A DNA stretch of 64,000 nucleotides from Anolis carolinensis (taxonomy: Eukaryota): the NCBI RefSeq assembly GCF_035594765.1, contig NC_085841.1:239340689-239404688 (forward strand). The letters are read 5' to 3'. Each line of letters starts with the position of its first letter. Position 1 is the stretch's first letter. A program made the translations under genes and the position numbers. Positions 25,001 to 38,945 of the stretch are shown here, in pieces. The notes under the pieces were generated by a model. It saw only the letters and a program-made list of their open reading frames with translations, ran no database searches and was not told the origin of the DNA.

Positions 25001-25135
25001 CAGTGGTTCTCAGCCTGGAGTCCCCAGATGTTTTTGGCCTTCAAATCCCAGAAATACTAACAGCTGGTAAACTGGCTGGGATTTCTAGGAGTTGTAGGCC
25101 AAAAGAATCTGGGGACCCCAGGTTGAGAACTACTG
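25001..25135. mobile_element. Palindromic hAT (Charlie-type) MITE
   Basis: CAGTGGTTCTCA...TGAGAACTACTG; TSD CTTTAGTC/CTCTAGTC; same family at 49112 and 60767. Confidence 0.85.
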
Positions 25136-26712
25136 CTCTAGTCACAGATAACAGATAGAGAAATTGTGGCCCATTACCAATCTTTGGAGGCCATAGTTTC
25201 CTTTTACTGCACTAGTTATCACCTAAGTCAGGGACTCTCATCTTCCTCCATGGCATCAAAGACGTAGCCTACCTTTGCTTCACTCCTACAATCAGCTGTC
25301 TTTGCCAGCTCCACTTGTATATCCTCTCAAGACATTTTCTTATTTAGTAAGCAGGAAATCATTTAGTGACCTCATTCTTGCCAGATGGAAAAATGTCAGA
25401 AGATGTCCACTTGTATTTTGTTATTGTTTGCCTTTGAATCATTTCCAGCCTATAGTGACAATCACAGGGTTTTGTTTTTGTTTTTTGGCAAAATTTGTCC
25501 AGCTTTTCCCTGAAGAAAACACACTGCTACCTCTTTGTGTTTCAAAGTCAGTTTATTCGTAATGGACTTTTCTGAGATTTTGTTCCCCTGTGATTTTTGG
25601 TGTCTATGAAACTATTCCAAGTGAACTTAGCCTGGAGACATGGACAAGTTCTGGACAGATTGCCTTTGAGGTCAAAAGCCACACTTCTGTTGTTATCCAG
25701 GCATAAGCACTTTTAACAAAGCCAAGAACAATTTTGTAACCTTTCCCAGGTCTTTTTCATGGGCCGGAGCAAGCAAAACTACTATTTGCAGCGTGGTTTG
25801 TAGACTAGGGGGTGGATATCATAGCAGAGGGAGAAACTCACGGTTCTCTCTTGGACAAGCCTTTTCTACAGTGTTATTCACATCCTTAACTAGTTCAAAT
25901 GAAGAGGAGGAGATGATGGCATTCAGGAAACACTTTCGTTAAAAGCTAAGAGGACACCAGTCAGCTGTTTTGTGGGGAAGGAGGAGCAAGTGGACAGGTG
26001 GGAAAGAGAAATTGAATTAGCTGTGGTTCTTCTTCCTGAACATATGGTCACTGTTTGATCCGTGAATTATACAACACATATAGAACCGTTCATCCACTTG
26101 GTCTTCTAAAGCAAAAGCTGGAAAATAAGAGACCAGCTGCAAAAGTAAAATAGAGCACAGTCACTGTACACTGCAATTGGCCTTATGCTGTTTATCTTGT
26201 GGGGTGTGTGGGTGGCTGCCAGTAGGTTACAATATAGTTAGTGATTGCAAAGTACTTTTAGCAGAGGTGTGAAACTGTGAGGTAGACGGAATAGCTAAGA
26301 GAAAGTAGTAAAGTCTATTAAGCAAAAAGAAAGTGATACCAGTGGAAAAATACAATTGTAATTATGCTACTTTACCTACCGAGTAAGTTTGTGATCACTT
26401 TAATATCTGCTACCAAGATGAAAGGACAAACAGATTCTGCTCTGGAAAGGAGTGACGATTCCCCATCCCTGACCATATTGTTCTGACAAACAATCCCTAG
26501 GAATTTTGTGCTTCAAGGATGTCTTGATCTTGTACTGCTTGCTTGAATTCCAAGCTCTTCAAAAGTCCATAGAAGGGCTAATGCAATCAAGCCAATTGTT
26601 GAATGGAGACCTTTTATAGATTTCCCATTGTGCAACTTTTTATACTAGCAGATACGTTTCAGGACCTTGCTCTTGGTAAACCATTGTAGCGCTGTGCAGC
26701 AGACACTGTGCA

Positions 26713-26940
26713 GGATGCGTCTATACTGTAGAATTAATGCAGATTGATACAACAGAGCTGCCATGGCTCAATGCTGTGGAATCCTGGGAGTTTCAAATCA
26801 GTGAAGCACCAGCATTGCTTGGCAGAGAAGGTGCTCCTTCTGGTAAAACTACACCACACCACCTCCCTAATTCCACAGCATTGAGCCATGGCAGTTAAAG
26901 TGGTGTGAAACTACATCTATTCTAAATTGTAGATGAACCC
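26713..26940. mobile_element. Palindromic MITE (Harbinger-like ends)
   Basis: ctgccatggctcaatgctgtggaat / attccacagcattgagccatggcag inverted arms; related copy at 50722-50918. Confidence 0.7.
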
Positions 26941-27169
26941 TCAATCTGCTGGGCCATCAACTTTCTATGCCTTTGATTCAGCCCTCTATATGACCAGTCA
27001 CTATATATCACCTGGAATGTAAAAAGCAATTGCTTCTCAATATCAGCTCATGAGAAACGTGAGAATAATTGCACTCAGGTCCTTCTTGAAGGCTTCTTAA
27101 AGACTTCTGGCTCACAAATACAAGGACAGGATGATGAACAGCATGCAAGTTTAGGCCTTTGGTCTAAAC

Positions 27170-27561
27170 CAGTAGTTCCCAACCTTTTTTTGACCAGGGC
27201 CCACTTTGACCAGGGCCCATTCTTCAACATTAGTACCAAAAGGGTTACGAATCAGTTTTTGGTCAACTTTAGATTCGGCTTGGTTATTTGGGATGCTAAT
27301 TCAAAAAATTGCACTGGATAGACCACATCAGCTCTAGTTTCTGATACAGAACATATGCCATCCAGTAGTTGCCATCTGCTTGCCCACAGAAAACCATATT
27401 TAATAATCTAGAGCTGATGTGGTCTATCCAATAAAATGGTCAGCTCTGTGGAAAGGAGCAGAAATAAAATTAATAAAATAAAATAAATAGAGAGTTCGTG
27501 GACCGGATTTTCATTCTCGTGGATCACTGCTGGTCTGCGGCCCACAGGTTGAGAACCACTG
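27170..27561. mobile_element. Non-autonomous hAT element
   Basis: TIR CAGTAGTTCCCAACCT / AGGTTGAGAACCACTG; perfect TSD GTCTAAAC at 27162-27169 and 27562-27569; internal inverted repeat tggatagaccacatcagctctag / ctagagctgatgtggtctatcca. Confidence 0.9.
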
Positions 27562-27734
27562 GTCTAAACTAACAGAGTTCTTTTTATATTTACTCCTTAT
27601 TGCAACTATATATCAATAACATCCAGAATTTCAGTATACCTGTTTCTATGATGTGACATGTGACCACTTAGAAAAGAATATCTTGATTACAATGAGCCAT
27701 CATGGAGTTCTTAAAAAAAAACACACACAAAAAA

Positions 27735-28845
27735 GATAAACCAGACAAATTCTATCAAATTTTTGTATAGGGTTACAAGCTTGATAGACCAGGGGGATGC
27801 TCTTGATGCGGTTGATCTTGATATCAGTACGGCTGTTGAGAGGCTCTTGTGTGATATTCTTGAAGACAACCTGGTAAAATATGTCTGACACAATGTACTG
27901 CTCAGTATAATTGAAAGTGGTTTACAGACCATTCCTCATTGTCTTAGTGATAAGAAACAAGTGGGATGCCACTGAGTTGTATCCTAGGGTGCTGTATTCA
28001 ACAGTTTTATAAATGACTTGGAATAGAGGGCATGCTCATCAAGTTTGCAGATGACACCAAACTGGAAGAGGGAGCTAATACTTCAGTATTCATGACAACC
28101 GTAACAGATGGGGGAGCTGGGCCAAAATTAACAAAATGAATTCCAACAGAATCAATGCAAGGCATTACATTTGAGCTGGAAAATTAGATGCACAAATAGA
28201 AGATGGGTGACACATGGCTTGACAGCAGTACATGTAAAAAGAATGTAGGGGTCTTGGTAGATTAGAAGTTTAACATCAGTTAACAGTGTGATGCAGCAGC
28301 CATAAAGGTATGTGTGGGGGATGGGGAGCAAATGCAATTCTAGGCTGCATTAGCGTAATTCTCATTTCCAGATCAAAAGCACCAATATAGTTTGTTTTGG
28401 ACAAACCTCATCAGGAATAATGCATCCAATTCTGGGCACCACAGTTTAAGACATTGGCAAATTGTCCAGAGGAGGATAAACTAGAGTGGCAAAAGCCCTA
28501 TAAAGAACTAACAATAATACCTAGGATGGTAGAAGGCAGCAGGAAAATAGGAAGGCCACATTACAGATGGATTGGATAGACTCAATCAAAGAATTCACAG
28601 CTGCCCTGAGTTTGAAAGGTTTGAGCAGGGCTGTTCATGGCAGGGTGATTCAAAGATTTCCCATTCATAAGATCACCATTAAGTTGAAGTAAACTTGTAC
28701 CTTTTAAGGTAATTGACTCTCATTCACTGTAGACTTTTAAACAGAGTTTAAATGGCCTCTTCTGGGTGGTATGTTGGTGTTGTATTCTGACAGGGCAGAA
28801 ATTAGGCTAAATGCCTTGGAGTTCCTTCCATTTCTATGATCCTAT
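27735..28845 (+). mobile_element. Decayed CR1 LINE (RT region to 3' end) with a nested RTE-like 3' fragment (~28510-28700)
   Basis: Decayed RT motifs (RVTSLIDQGDALDAVDLDIS; MLIKFADDTKL at ~28032) and the CR1 tail ttctatgatcctatga. Confidence 0.8.
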
Positions 28846-31800
28846 GAAAGTAGTAAGAAAAAAGCTGTTTCTGAGATGTGTAAGTATGCAATCATGTAAC
28901 GTTTTGCAGTTTTGAAAAAAAAATCAGTCAAATTGTAGGTCATTATGGTAAAACCAGGCAAATACTCTATGAACAAATATTGGGAAACTAAACTAGTGAA
29001 AGAAAGTAAAAAAAAAAAAGGGATATGGAGGAATTTGGGCCTAGGATCTACAGAGGTCAATGTGAAGGTAAGTACCGCAGCTTGGATATGGTCTTTCTTG
29101 TGTGGGTGGGCAATGCCAATGCATGACAAAACCTTAACCAAATCAATTTCAGAAAATAAGCAAGAAAAAACATTTTTAAAGCAAGATTGCACTACCACAG
29201 AGAAAACAATTGCAAACAGTAAGCATGCACTCTTAGTCATGATAATAAAGTAGTACAGCTGTATGTACCTCAGCGTTTTGGCACACACAAAGCTCCATAA
29301 CCTGCATCTGATTCTGAATGTAGCAGTTTATATGTGTATTAAAGCAAAACCAATCACATACATGGGAGATGAGCCTCAGCACAAACCCCTTACACCCAGA
29401 CAGTCCTGAATGACACAGGTTTAATTCTGTGGGTACCAGAAGACTCACTCTTTGAACTGCAAGGCAATCCCCCTTCCTTTTCCTGCAAGATCCCTCCCTG
29501 TGTGTGTTGTCTAATTCTCAACGTGTCACCTGCTTTATAAAACTTTAAAGCTAATAGCCCCATAAACCCCTATAATGATACTGCAGTGGGAGGGAGCAAG
29601 CCAGGATGCATGCAAAATGCCAGAAACCACAAGAAACAAGGGTCAGAGCAGTGCCCTTGCTTACCTGTATGATGCATCTCTGGTTATTCTCAGGTATTTT
29701 TTGTGCATATGTGTATTTGGGGATGTAAGTGGATAGTGAAAATAAGCTGGACTAGAAACCGCCTCTGACCTTGTACCTCAAAAGGTCACCTGACCTCAAT
29801 CACCCACTGCAGGCTGCTCTCCTGTCAGAACTCATAAACAGAGCAATGTTGGGCCTAACCGGGGAGACCCCGGAGGATAGACGGAATCGACGAACAAGAA
29901 ACATTAATCTTTTATGCACCTGCTGAGTCACCAGCACAAGAAGGGAGAGCTGGCAGGAGAACAGGCCATTCCATCAGGGAGATGAGTGTGGAAAGGTAGG
30001 CAGCGGGGCACAGGGCTGGGGCAAGAGAGGATTGCCTACTTCCTCCTCCCAGCATCATCAGAGCAAAGGGCAAGGACTGAAAGAGAGCAGGACTCCAAAG
30101 TTCAGAGAGGCCTAGAAAATCAGTTCACTGCCAACAATTTGATTCAACCACCTGCAAGTACAGGGGTGAGTGGGAATATACAGAACTCTTATTAAACAGC
30201 TGGAAAGTACCAGAATCATCAGGTGCAGGAGTGTGTTCCAAACGCTGCATATTCTGCTTGAATAATATCAGAAGCAGTCCCGGGGCATCTGGCTCCTCAT
30301 CCTGTTGAGCACCAGGTTTCGAAACTGTTCCTGCTTCCCCTGTGCTCTATTACAGGCTTCCTCATACAGACTTTTTGGTGATGAGTTTGCTGTGCTGACT
30401 CAATGGAAGAGCTCCCAAGAGAGTGGAGGATTCAGTATAAAACATTCACTCAATCAACAGAAATTCTCTCTGGTCTTCTTAGGCTCATTTCTGACGTACC
30501 AACACCTGCACCACATGATTGCTTGGATGTGACCCAGCGCAATTGCCATCCAACAGTCCTCAGGCCTCCTCTCCAGCTAGGTGTTTCTACTTCTTTCTCT
30601 TCTATGGAAAGGAAGCACTTGAGGGGTGGGTGGGAAGGTGGAGAGGAGAAGAGCAAACAGAATAGAAAACAGCTGGATAGATAGAGCCAGCAGAGCATGA
30701 GTGGATGAGGCGGTGCGTGCGGTGGGAGAATTGCTCAGCAGCTGTTACATTGCAGCTCAAGGCACTGGGACTGCACTACAGTCCAGCTGGGGACTTCGCT
30801 GAGGTGGAGATGACATCCCTGAAGGTGGGGAAAAAACAGAATGATCCAGAGGAAGTACATTCTTGCTTCTTGTGTGCAAGAAAGGAGCACAAGGACATTG
30901 TCAGCACGCACCTCGTGCACACATTTTACCAGCACATACAGGGCCCTTGCGCAAGCGGCATCTTCTCTCAATTTTGCATTTGTGGCTCCCTGCCCAACAC
31001 TCGCATTTCTCACTCCTCCCAAACAAAACACAACAGAAACAGAAGCAAAACAATAAAAATCCATTAATCCAGCATTTACTGCCAGGATTCTGAACATACC
31101 CAAGCTGAGAAATTCAAAGATATGGTTCCCAGAGCAGCCATTGCTCAATGGCACATGGAGCCCAATCATGGCACCCAGACATTGCAGGACACACGGGGCA
31201 GAGTTAGCATCGCCACGGGAACCATCGCTTTGAATTGCCTGACATGTCTGTGATTAAAGTCTCAATCTTACACAGACGCTGCAGAAGCCTAGTGCCATTC
31301 GCTGTAATCTCAGGCGCTTGGGCTAACTTAGCCTGCGGGATCATCATCCCACCCACGCCCCTCTGCTCCCTTTCTCCTCGCAGCTTTGAAACAAGGCAAG
31401 CGGAGACAATGCAAAGGAACCACGGGTATTTGCCCTGCTAACTGGTTTCTGCCGATTCCAGTTGCAGAGCAAGGAATCTTGGCAGGGCAGCATATTGATA
31501 TGCTCTCTGGAGCAAGAGAGAAGAGACAAGATGCAGATCGTTACTCATTTTACGGTCTTTTCACAAATGACATTAAAGGGGCTTTTGCATTTCACGCAAT
31601 GTAATGCAAAAGGGGGAAAAAACACCCAAAAACCTATACTGGCAAGAATGTATGTTCAATTTTTAAATGGTTCTTTTGTGTTTCTTAGAGCGCATTAACA
31701 ACAGTCACATGGGCTTCCTAACATTTCACAAGAAAAAAATCCAAGGCATTTTTCATATCATGTGTGAAAGTAGCATCCTTGCTCTGGTATATTTGGGAAT

Positions 31801-33297
31801 AATTACAAAACTAATAATACCATAACCCATATTCAGAAATCACAAACGAGCATTTCAATCATCTGCCCATACAAAGGAATAAATAAATGACTTATTTAAC
31901 TCATTTGTGTTCAGCCTTACTGCAAGCAGCAACATTTATAAGAATGTCCCCAAGTCTCTGAATGGTGAAAACGAATAGAATAACATGGTAGGGATTAATT
32001 TACTTTGCATGAGAGAATACGGGTGGGGGTGATTTTGGTATTTTTGCCCTATCTGTTGGCAAATATTTGTCAGGAATAATAGAGGCAAATCAATGCTTTT
32101 AACAGACAACAAAATGGCTGATCCCGCATCAGGTTCCCAAAGAAACACTACACACAAAGTGCTTCACATAATGTCAGCTCACAGTTCTCTTCCCTGAAAT
32201 TCAAAATGACAACAGTACTTCTCTGCTTTTTCCACTCCCTGAATAGAATTGCCTTCCAAAGGCAAGGGAGAGAAATCTCCAGCCATCAAGGGACATCAAT
32301 GCTATTTTGTTGAAGTCCCTACTATCCAGGATTTGCCCAGGGAAATCCCCATTCACAGACAAGAATGTCCCTCTCCTTTATTCTTTTCCCCCCAAGATGT
32401 ATGGAGTAGGAGGAAGATTTGGGGGAGGAAAACAGAAACACGTTTAAAGAAGAGATGGAAGTCACTACAGAAATAAGTCAAGCCAAAGAAACAGGAGGCA
32501 GGTAGTAATATAGAGATTTGAGGCCGGAAATGAAGCTTTGTGGTGCTTGGATCTTGTGACATTTTGAAGAGACCAAATCTACTTATTTTGGAATGCATAC
32601 AGTTTTCAAGGCAATTCACAAGCATATTTTCAGTTGTCCTTCTCACCAGTTTGGTAAGGTGCAACAGTACCTTCCCTACATTATAATTATACATGTATAA
32701 AACCACTTTTCTCCAAGACAACCCAGTGGTAAATCTAGCTCACTTCTGTATGCTATGACTCAAGATCTCAGGCACAGGCCTTTCCCAAGATTGCTATCCA
32801 TGGTCGTTTCAACTACAGCTGCCAGAAATTTAAGCTCAACTCATAAGGCATGTGTTCTCTTACTGAGGAATGAAGACTTGAGTGAATTAGCATGCTGTGG
32901 TTGAAACATAGGGATAGGTCACTTGTGCTCCTATTCATCATTGTAGCCGGCTAATTTTGCCCTTTTCCAGGAGACTCCATTCAACCACTGTCCATTTCCA
33001 GTTGCCATACTTGGCGCAGCTAGTTAGTATTCCATGCTCACTGATTAGGTTCAGTCCTCACAAAGATTTATACTTTGGAACTCTGCTTACCCTGCTGATA
33101 CTTTACTCTTTAATTGTAGAGGTTTAATTTTGCCCTCATAGGGATCTTAACCTGGGAGAAATAATTTTTTGTCCAACATAGTATATCCCTAATTTAGCAC
33201 TGTTGCCCTTCCTCAAGTAAGGCAGGCCTCTTAAACTGAGCAGTTAAGCAATCAGGGAATCTGAGAAATCTCTCCAAGTTTCACTTCTGTGCCAGAT

Positions 33298-33450
33298 CAC
33301 AGAAACAGAGTTGGAAGGGATCACAAGGGACATCCAGCCCAATCTCAATCTGCCATGCAGGAATACACAATCAAAGCACACTTAATAGATGGCCATCCAG
33401 CCTTTGTTGAAAAGGCTCCAAAGGAGGAAACTCTACCATACTCCAAGGAA
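33298..33450 (-). mobile_element. CR1 3' UTR fragment
   Basis: acagagttggaagggatcacaagggacatccagcccaa..aatcaaagcac..agatggccatccagcct matches 55965-56085. Confidence 0.7.
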
Positions 33451-34997
33451 ATGACCATCTCCCTCACACAGATAAATTCTGGCAGTGGCTTTGGGATTAT
33501 TTCCTTAGCTTCTTGGGAGCTCTGAGAATTACTTAGGCAAGATGAGAAAAAGGTGGCACTGATACCATATCATTCATCCTGGCACAGATAAACCACCTCT
33601 TGCTGTGGATCCATCTGGTACTTACTCAGTCCAAGGAGACAGACGATGCAATACTCTTTAGTTGGCTGCTTCTCCCTTCTAACTCTCACTGGACTGATCA
33701 TATATAACCTGTTCCAACAGGTTTTTTTTTAAAATAAAAAGGCTAAAAATGCTACAAACAAACCTTATAACCAGGGATTCTCAATAACGGCCTCTTACCT
33801 CCAAAACGCTCCATCCTTTCCTCCTATCAATTGGAAAGAGAGAGATAATTAACCATTTCTGACCTGCAACCCTTTAGACACAAATAATTTCCTTCTCGGT
33901 TACGCTGCCTAATCCACCATGATATTAAATTATATTTTCATGTGTGTTTTTATATTGTACTGTACTTCTGCTATATTGTCGATGCATACAGCCCTTGACA
34001 GATTCCAGTGCAACCCTTGGGACCCACACCAACCTCCAGTACAACCCTGGGGACCCACACTGACCTTCCAAACACCACTCCTAAAACAACAACAACAACA
34101 ACAAAAACACCTTTCCAGCCCAAACTAAACATTTTAAGGCTGATAAACAATCTGACTTAAAACAACCATCATGGGTTTAAATGCTATTTAGGAGATCCCA
34201 AACCCTAAAATAGCAATAAAGTATTCCCAAAATGGCCCTTAAGAACACTGGAAATGATGCAACATAATTTCGAATTACCTTGATTTGTGGCCACAATGCA
34301 CACCATCCAGAGGTGCCAAATAGAAGATGAATATGCATGGTCTTTTGGTGTCTGGAGTAGATAACAAGTATATTTAGATGAGTTTATGAATCTTGAGTGA
34401 TGTTGTGGATAGCTTGGAAACATGAGGATGAGATGCTGGTGGAAGACTCAGCAATTGAGCTGGAGCCCAGTAGTGCCCAGCAGCCCGTTCAGCCAGGCTT
34501 TGAAGCAGTACTCATGGAAGTAGCTACTACTTCTCAGCTTGCAGAACAAATGCAAGTTCCTCTCATCAGGCTGAGGAACTGTTCCAGCTTTCATGGACCT
34601 GTGAAGAGAGAGGTCTCAGCTGCACAGGTCCTTGAGATTAGCTGAAAAGCAAGCCAGCAACAGGTAACACCTGTGCGCTTAAGATTCAAGGAGCTTAAGA
34701 GTGGCACCTTGTTGCTGGCTGCAACGTCAGTTCTAGAAGTTAGACCTCAAGCTCCTGCTAACTTGTGTGCCTGAGCTTTGGGCTTACCTTTGGAGCTTGG
34801 CATATGGATTCTGATTCAACCTTGTACCCTGGACCCTCTGGTTCGACTTACAACCCTGAAATAGACATTTGAAATTTGGCATCCTGCTAATGTTTGCATC
34901 TCTGTTGGTCTATAAAAGGGGTTCACAGTCCTTCAGACTGTTTGGGGGGGGGGTATACTTTGAAAACAAATGAATCAATTCCTTTTTAAAAGGACAA

Positions 34998-35786
34998 CAA
35001 CAAGGACAAATGTAAAAAGAAATGAAATGGAAATGTACAGAATGGGTGATGCCTGGCTTGACAATAGTCCATGTGAAAAAGATCTTGGAGTCTTTGTGGC
35101 AAAAAAGCCAATGGGATTTTGGCCTGCATAAATAGGAATATAGTATCTAGATCCAGGGAAGTCATGCTACCCCTCTATTCTGCCTTGGTCAGACCACACC
35201 TGGAATACTGTGTCCAATTCTGGGCACTGCAATTGAAGGGAGATGTTGACAAGCTGGAAAGTGTTCAGAGGAGGGCAATTAAAATGATCAAGGGTCTGGA
35301 GAACAAGCCCTATGAGGAGCGGCTTAAAGAGTTGGGTATGTTTAGCCTGCCGAAGAGAAGGCTGAGAGGAGACATGATAGCCATGTACAAATACATGAAG
35401 GGAAGTCATAGGGAGGAGGGAGCAAGCTTGTTTTCTGCTGCCCTGGAGACTAGGACGTGGAACAATGGCTTCAAACTACAGGAAAGGAGATTCCACCTGA
35501 ACATTAGGAAGAACCTCTTCACTGTGAGAGCTGTTCGGCACTGGAACTCTTGGTTGAGGCTCCGTCTTTGGAGGCTTTTAAGCAGAGGCTGGATGGCCAT
35601 CTGTCAAGGGTGCTTTGAATGTCATTTTCCTGCTTTTTGGCAGGTGGTTGGATTGGATGGCCTGTGAGGTCTCTTCCAACTCTATGATTCTGTCAGGGCT
35701 GCTTTGATTGTGCTTTTCCTGTATGGCAAGGGGTTGGACTACATGGCCCATGTGATCTATTCCAACCCTATGATTCTATGATTCTA
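34998..35786 (+). mobile_element. CR1 LINE 3' fragment
   Basis: ORF 35119-35667 ([65 protein letters not shown]) is the CR1 ORF2 C-terminus; duplicated 3' end with (ATTCTATG)n tail. Confidence 0.93.
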
Positions 35787-37217
35787 CCAGTATTTTAATG
35801 GGAAGTGTGGGTCTGCTTTTGGCTGATGAAATAAGTCAGGTTAATTAAGATTGTTCTTGTTGTGTGCCTTCAAGACATTTCAGACTTAGGGTGACCCTAA
35901 ATCTAAAAGTTAGGGCCTGGGCCAGGTAAATGGCTTTGGAGGGCTGCATCCATCCCTTGGGCCTTAGTTTGGGGACCTCTGGTCTATCAATTTGACTTTG
36001 GGCTGTTGATTAATCCTCTGCTGATGTTTGCGGGTCAAGACTTCTGACAAGTGACAGAAGAATGTTGAGAGAACTTGCATTTGGTTCATGATTGGTGGAG
36101 AGATTGTGAATGACAACATATTCTTTGGAAGTGTGGGAGACCACCAAAATTATTCAACACCTTATGAGTTTCACAATTGGTGACATACATTGGGAGATTG
36201 AAAAGCACTGTTATCATCAGAGCACTGGAAGAAAGGACAGATAGTGCTTATTATATAATGCAACACCCATACCCACATCACTGGTATCTACCTGCATCCA
36301 ACAAAATATGTCCTCTCTAGGAATTTTCTAGATCCTACAGGCAATGCTTGGTATGCTTCGGCTAGAAGTTACCAGAGAGTTGTACTGGCAAATTCCTATA
36401 GAAGATACCTCTCTGAAAATTTTCTAGGTCCTCCAGGGTGACTCTATGGTAACATCCAGCAGAAATCGTTAATTTTACTAGGGTTTGTTATTATCCATTG
36501 TTTCCTGTTTCCATGGTAAGTTCAAGAACGTTTCCCTTGTAGATACAGGAAGTTTACTGTATATACTAGGCTTGAGTGATCCACGAAGAAATTGATTCTA
36601 AACTCGTTTCAAAAGTGGAGGGGGGTAGCGTTTCGTTTCTGTGATTAATTCCGAATTTTGCCCCCCCAAAAATTCGAAATTAACGAAAATTCGTTATTTT
36701 CAAAATTAGTTCGTTAATGGCGGACGCGCATGCGCAGTGGCCCAAAACAGCCCAAGGGGGGGGGGGTTTATGGGGCTCTCCTGCACTCATTTTTTCAGCT
36801 ATACTGATCAAATTTGGTACAGTGGGAGAACACAATCCACCCTGCTTGCTCGTTAAATTGCAGAGCGTTTGCCCTTTCCTAAGATTTATTGTGCAATTTC
36901 ATAGTTCATATAAAAAAACTTTATTTAACAATTGCAGAAATCTGTTCCTGCTTTTGAATTGTTATTTCCTGTTCAATAGGGTTCCTTCACTGTGAAAGTC
37001 CTTCTTCTACTTGTGTAACATTGTTTCAGTGCACGTAAATCTGTCAAAATGTTAGGACATTGGTGGCCATTGGCCAAGAGACACATTGTGCTGCCATGCG
37101 CAATGACTTTCCCCAGGCATCCAGATAGGAGGCCATTATACCACAGTGGTCAAGCCCCTCCCCCTTCCAATAAATGTAAGATTTCTGCGACGTTGGTTTG
37201 ATTTATCACCTGATGGC

Positions 37218-38174
37218 AAAATGGGGTCCCAAGCTCCACTCACCAGGGGGGCCGGCCACCGTTGGCCGGCCCCACGCCACCACCCCACCACCCAAGGGGA
37301 AGGGCGTGGCGCCTTTGAGGCAGCTAGTGAAAAGGGGTCCCAAGCCCCACTCACCAGGGGGGCCGGCCACCGTTGGCCGGCCCCACCCCACCACCCAAGG
37401 GGAAGGGCGTGGCGCCTTTGAGGCAGCTAGTGAAAAGGGGTCCCAAGCCCCACTCACCAGGGGGGCCGGCCACCGTTGGCCGGCCCCACGCCACCACCCC
37501 TCCACCCAAGGGGAAGGGCGTGGTGCCTTTGAGGCAGCTAGTGAAATGGGGTCCCAAGCTCCACTCACCAGGGGGGCCGGCCACCGTTGGCCGGCCCCAC
37601 GCCACCACCCCACCATCAAAGGGGAAGGGCGTGGTGCCTTTGAGGCAGCTAGTGAAAAGGGGTCCCAAGCCCCACTCACCAGGGGGGCCGGCCACCGTTG
37701 GCCAGCCCCACGCCACCACCCCACCACCCAAGGGGAAGGGCGTGGCGCCTTTGAGGCAGCTAGTGAAATGGGGTCCCAAGCTCCACTCACCAGGGGGGCC
37801 GGCCACCGTTGGCCGGCCCCACGCCACCACCCGTCCACCCAAGGGGAAGGGCGTGGCGCCTTTGAGGCAGCTAGTGAAAAGGGGTCCCAAGCCCCACTCA
37901 CCAGGGGGGCCGGCCACCGTTGGCCGGCCCCACGCCACCACCCCACCACCCAAGGGGAAGGGCGTGGCGCCTTTGAGGCAGCTAGTGAAATGGGGTCCCA
38001 AGCTCCACTCACCAGGGGGGCCGGCCACCGTTGGCCGGCCCCACGCCACCACCCCACCACCCAAGGGGAAGGGCGTGGCGCCTTTGAGGCAGCTAGTGAA
38101 ATGGGGTCCCAAGCTCCACTCACCAGGGGGGCCGGCCACTGTTGGCCGGCCCCACGCCACCACCCCACCACCCA
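37218..38174. repeat. GC-rich tandem array, 111-bp unit, ~8.7 copies
   Basis: gaggcagctagtg at 37317, 37420, 37531, 37642, 37753, 37864, 37975 and 38086 (one unit is 8 bp shorter). Confidence 0.97.
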
Positions 38175-38544
38175 TGACATCTCACCCAGCACTGGCCATT
38201 TCTGCCAAGCAGCAGGAATTTCCTTCTTGATTGTCTCTCTCATACCACAGTGTTTGTTGCATCACCCTGGCCAATCACAAACAAGATCCAAGCCTTCCGT
38301 TTGTCTGGGCACCACACTCGCATCAAACGTTGAAAAACTTGTTGAGATCCCCCAGGTGGGCTCCATTCCACCATGTTTCCTAACCAGACTTCTGTGTCAA
38401 CCAGACCAGAGCCCCAAAGTCTCTAGCCGCCAAAAAGGCACACTCCCTGACAGCAAACCGTCTGCGGCCCTGGCCGCAGCCCTACTGGATGGACACAAGC
38501 AAGCTGGCAGTCCGCAGGGTAGTCGTGGCCACCATCACATCAAC

Positions 38545-38945
38545 AATTATAATAATAATAATAACAACAGTAAGATCTTCATTTGTATTCCCCGCCCCAT
38601 CTTCCCGGAGGGACTCTGAGCGGCTTCCATGGGGCATGCCCGTCAACAATACCATGGCAGCAATTAAAAATATATATATATAGTAAAAAAAATGTTGCAT
38701 CAATAACACATAAAATAAAAAAGCTGTCACAGTCAGCATACAGCATTACCCGATTAAAAAACAGTGGTGTAAAAACACGGCTCTGGGCCGAGGGCTGAAT
38801 ACTTCAACAGAGATGAGGTAGTTTGACAGTTAAAAATCAATACAGTGCGAAATACTCTTGGCCTGGCAACCAATTCTTCAACTGGCAGCGATCCACCCCA
38901 CAGTCCTCGAAGGCTTTTTGGAAGTGGAAGGTTTTAAGGCTCTGA
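38545..38945 (-). mobile_element. L2-like LINE 3' fragment nested in the hAT
   Basis: Reverse strand aagccgctcagagtccctccgggaagatggggcggggaatacaaat followed by (TTA)n, as recalled for squamate L2 3' ends. Confidence 0.55.

Noticed and set aside
34005-34070. 31-bp tandem duplication (tccagtgcaacccttgggacccacac)
   Set aside because: Two-copy local duplication with no sign of function.
34395-36055. Possible solo LTR interrupted by CR1 and a hAT fragment
   Set aside because: Looks LTR-like, but I could not define TG..CA ends with a matching TSD.
37198-38619. 473-, 345-, 285- and 274-aa ORFs
   Set aside because: Products of the GC-rich 111-bp array, open in several frames at once.
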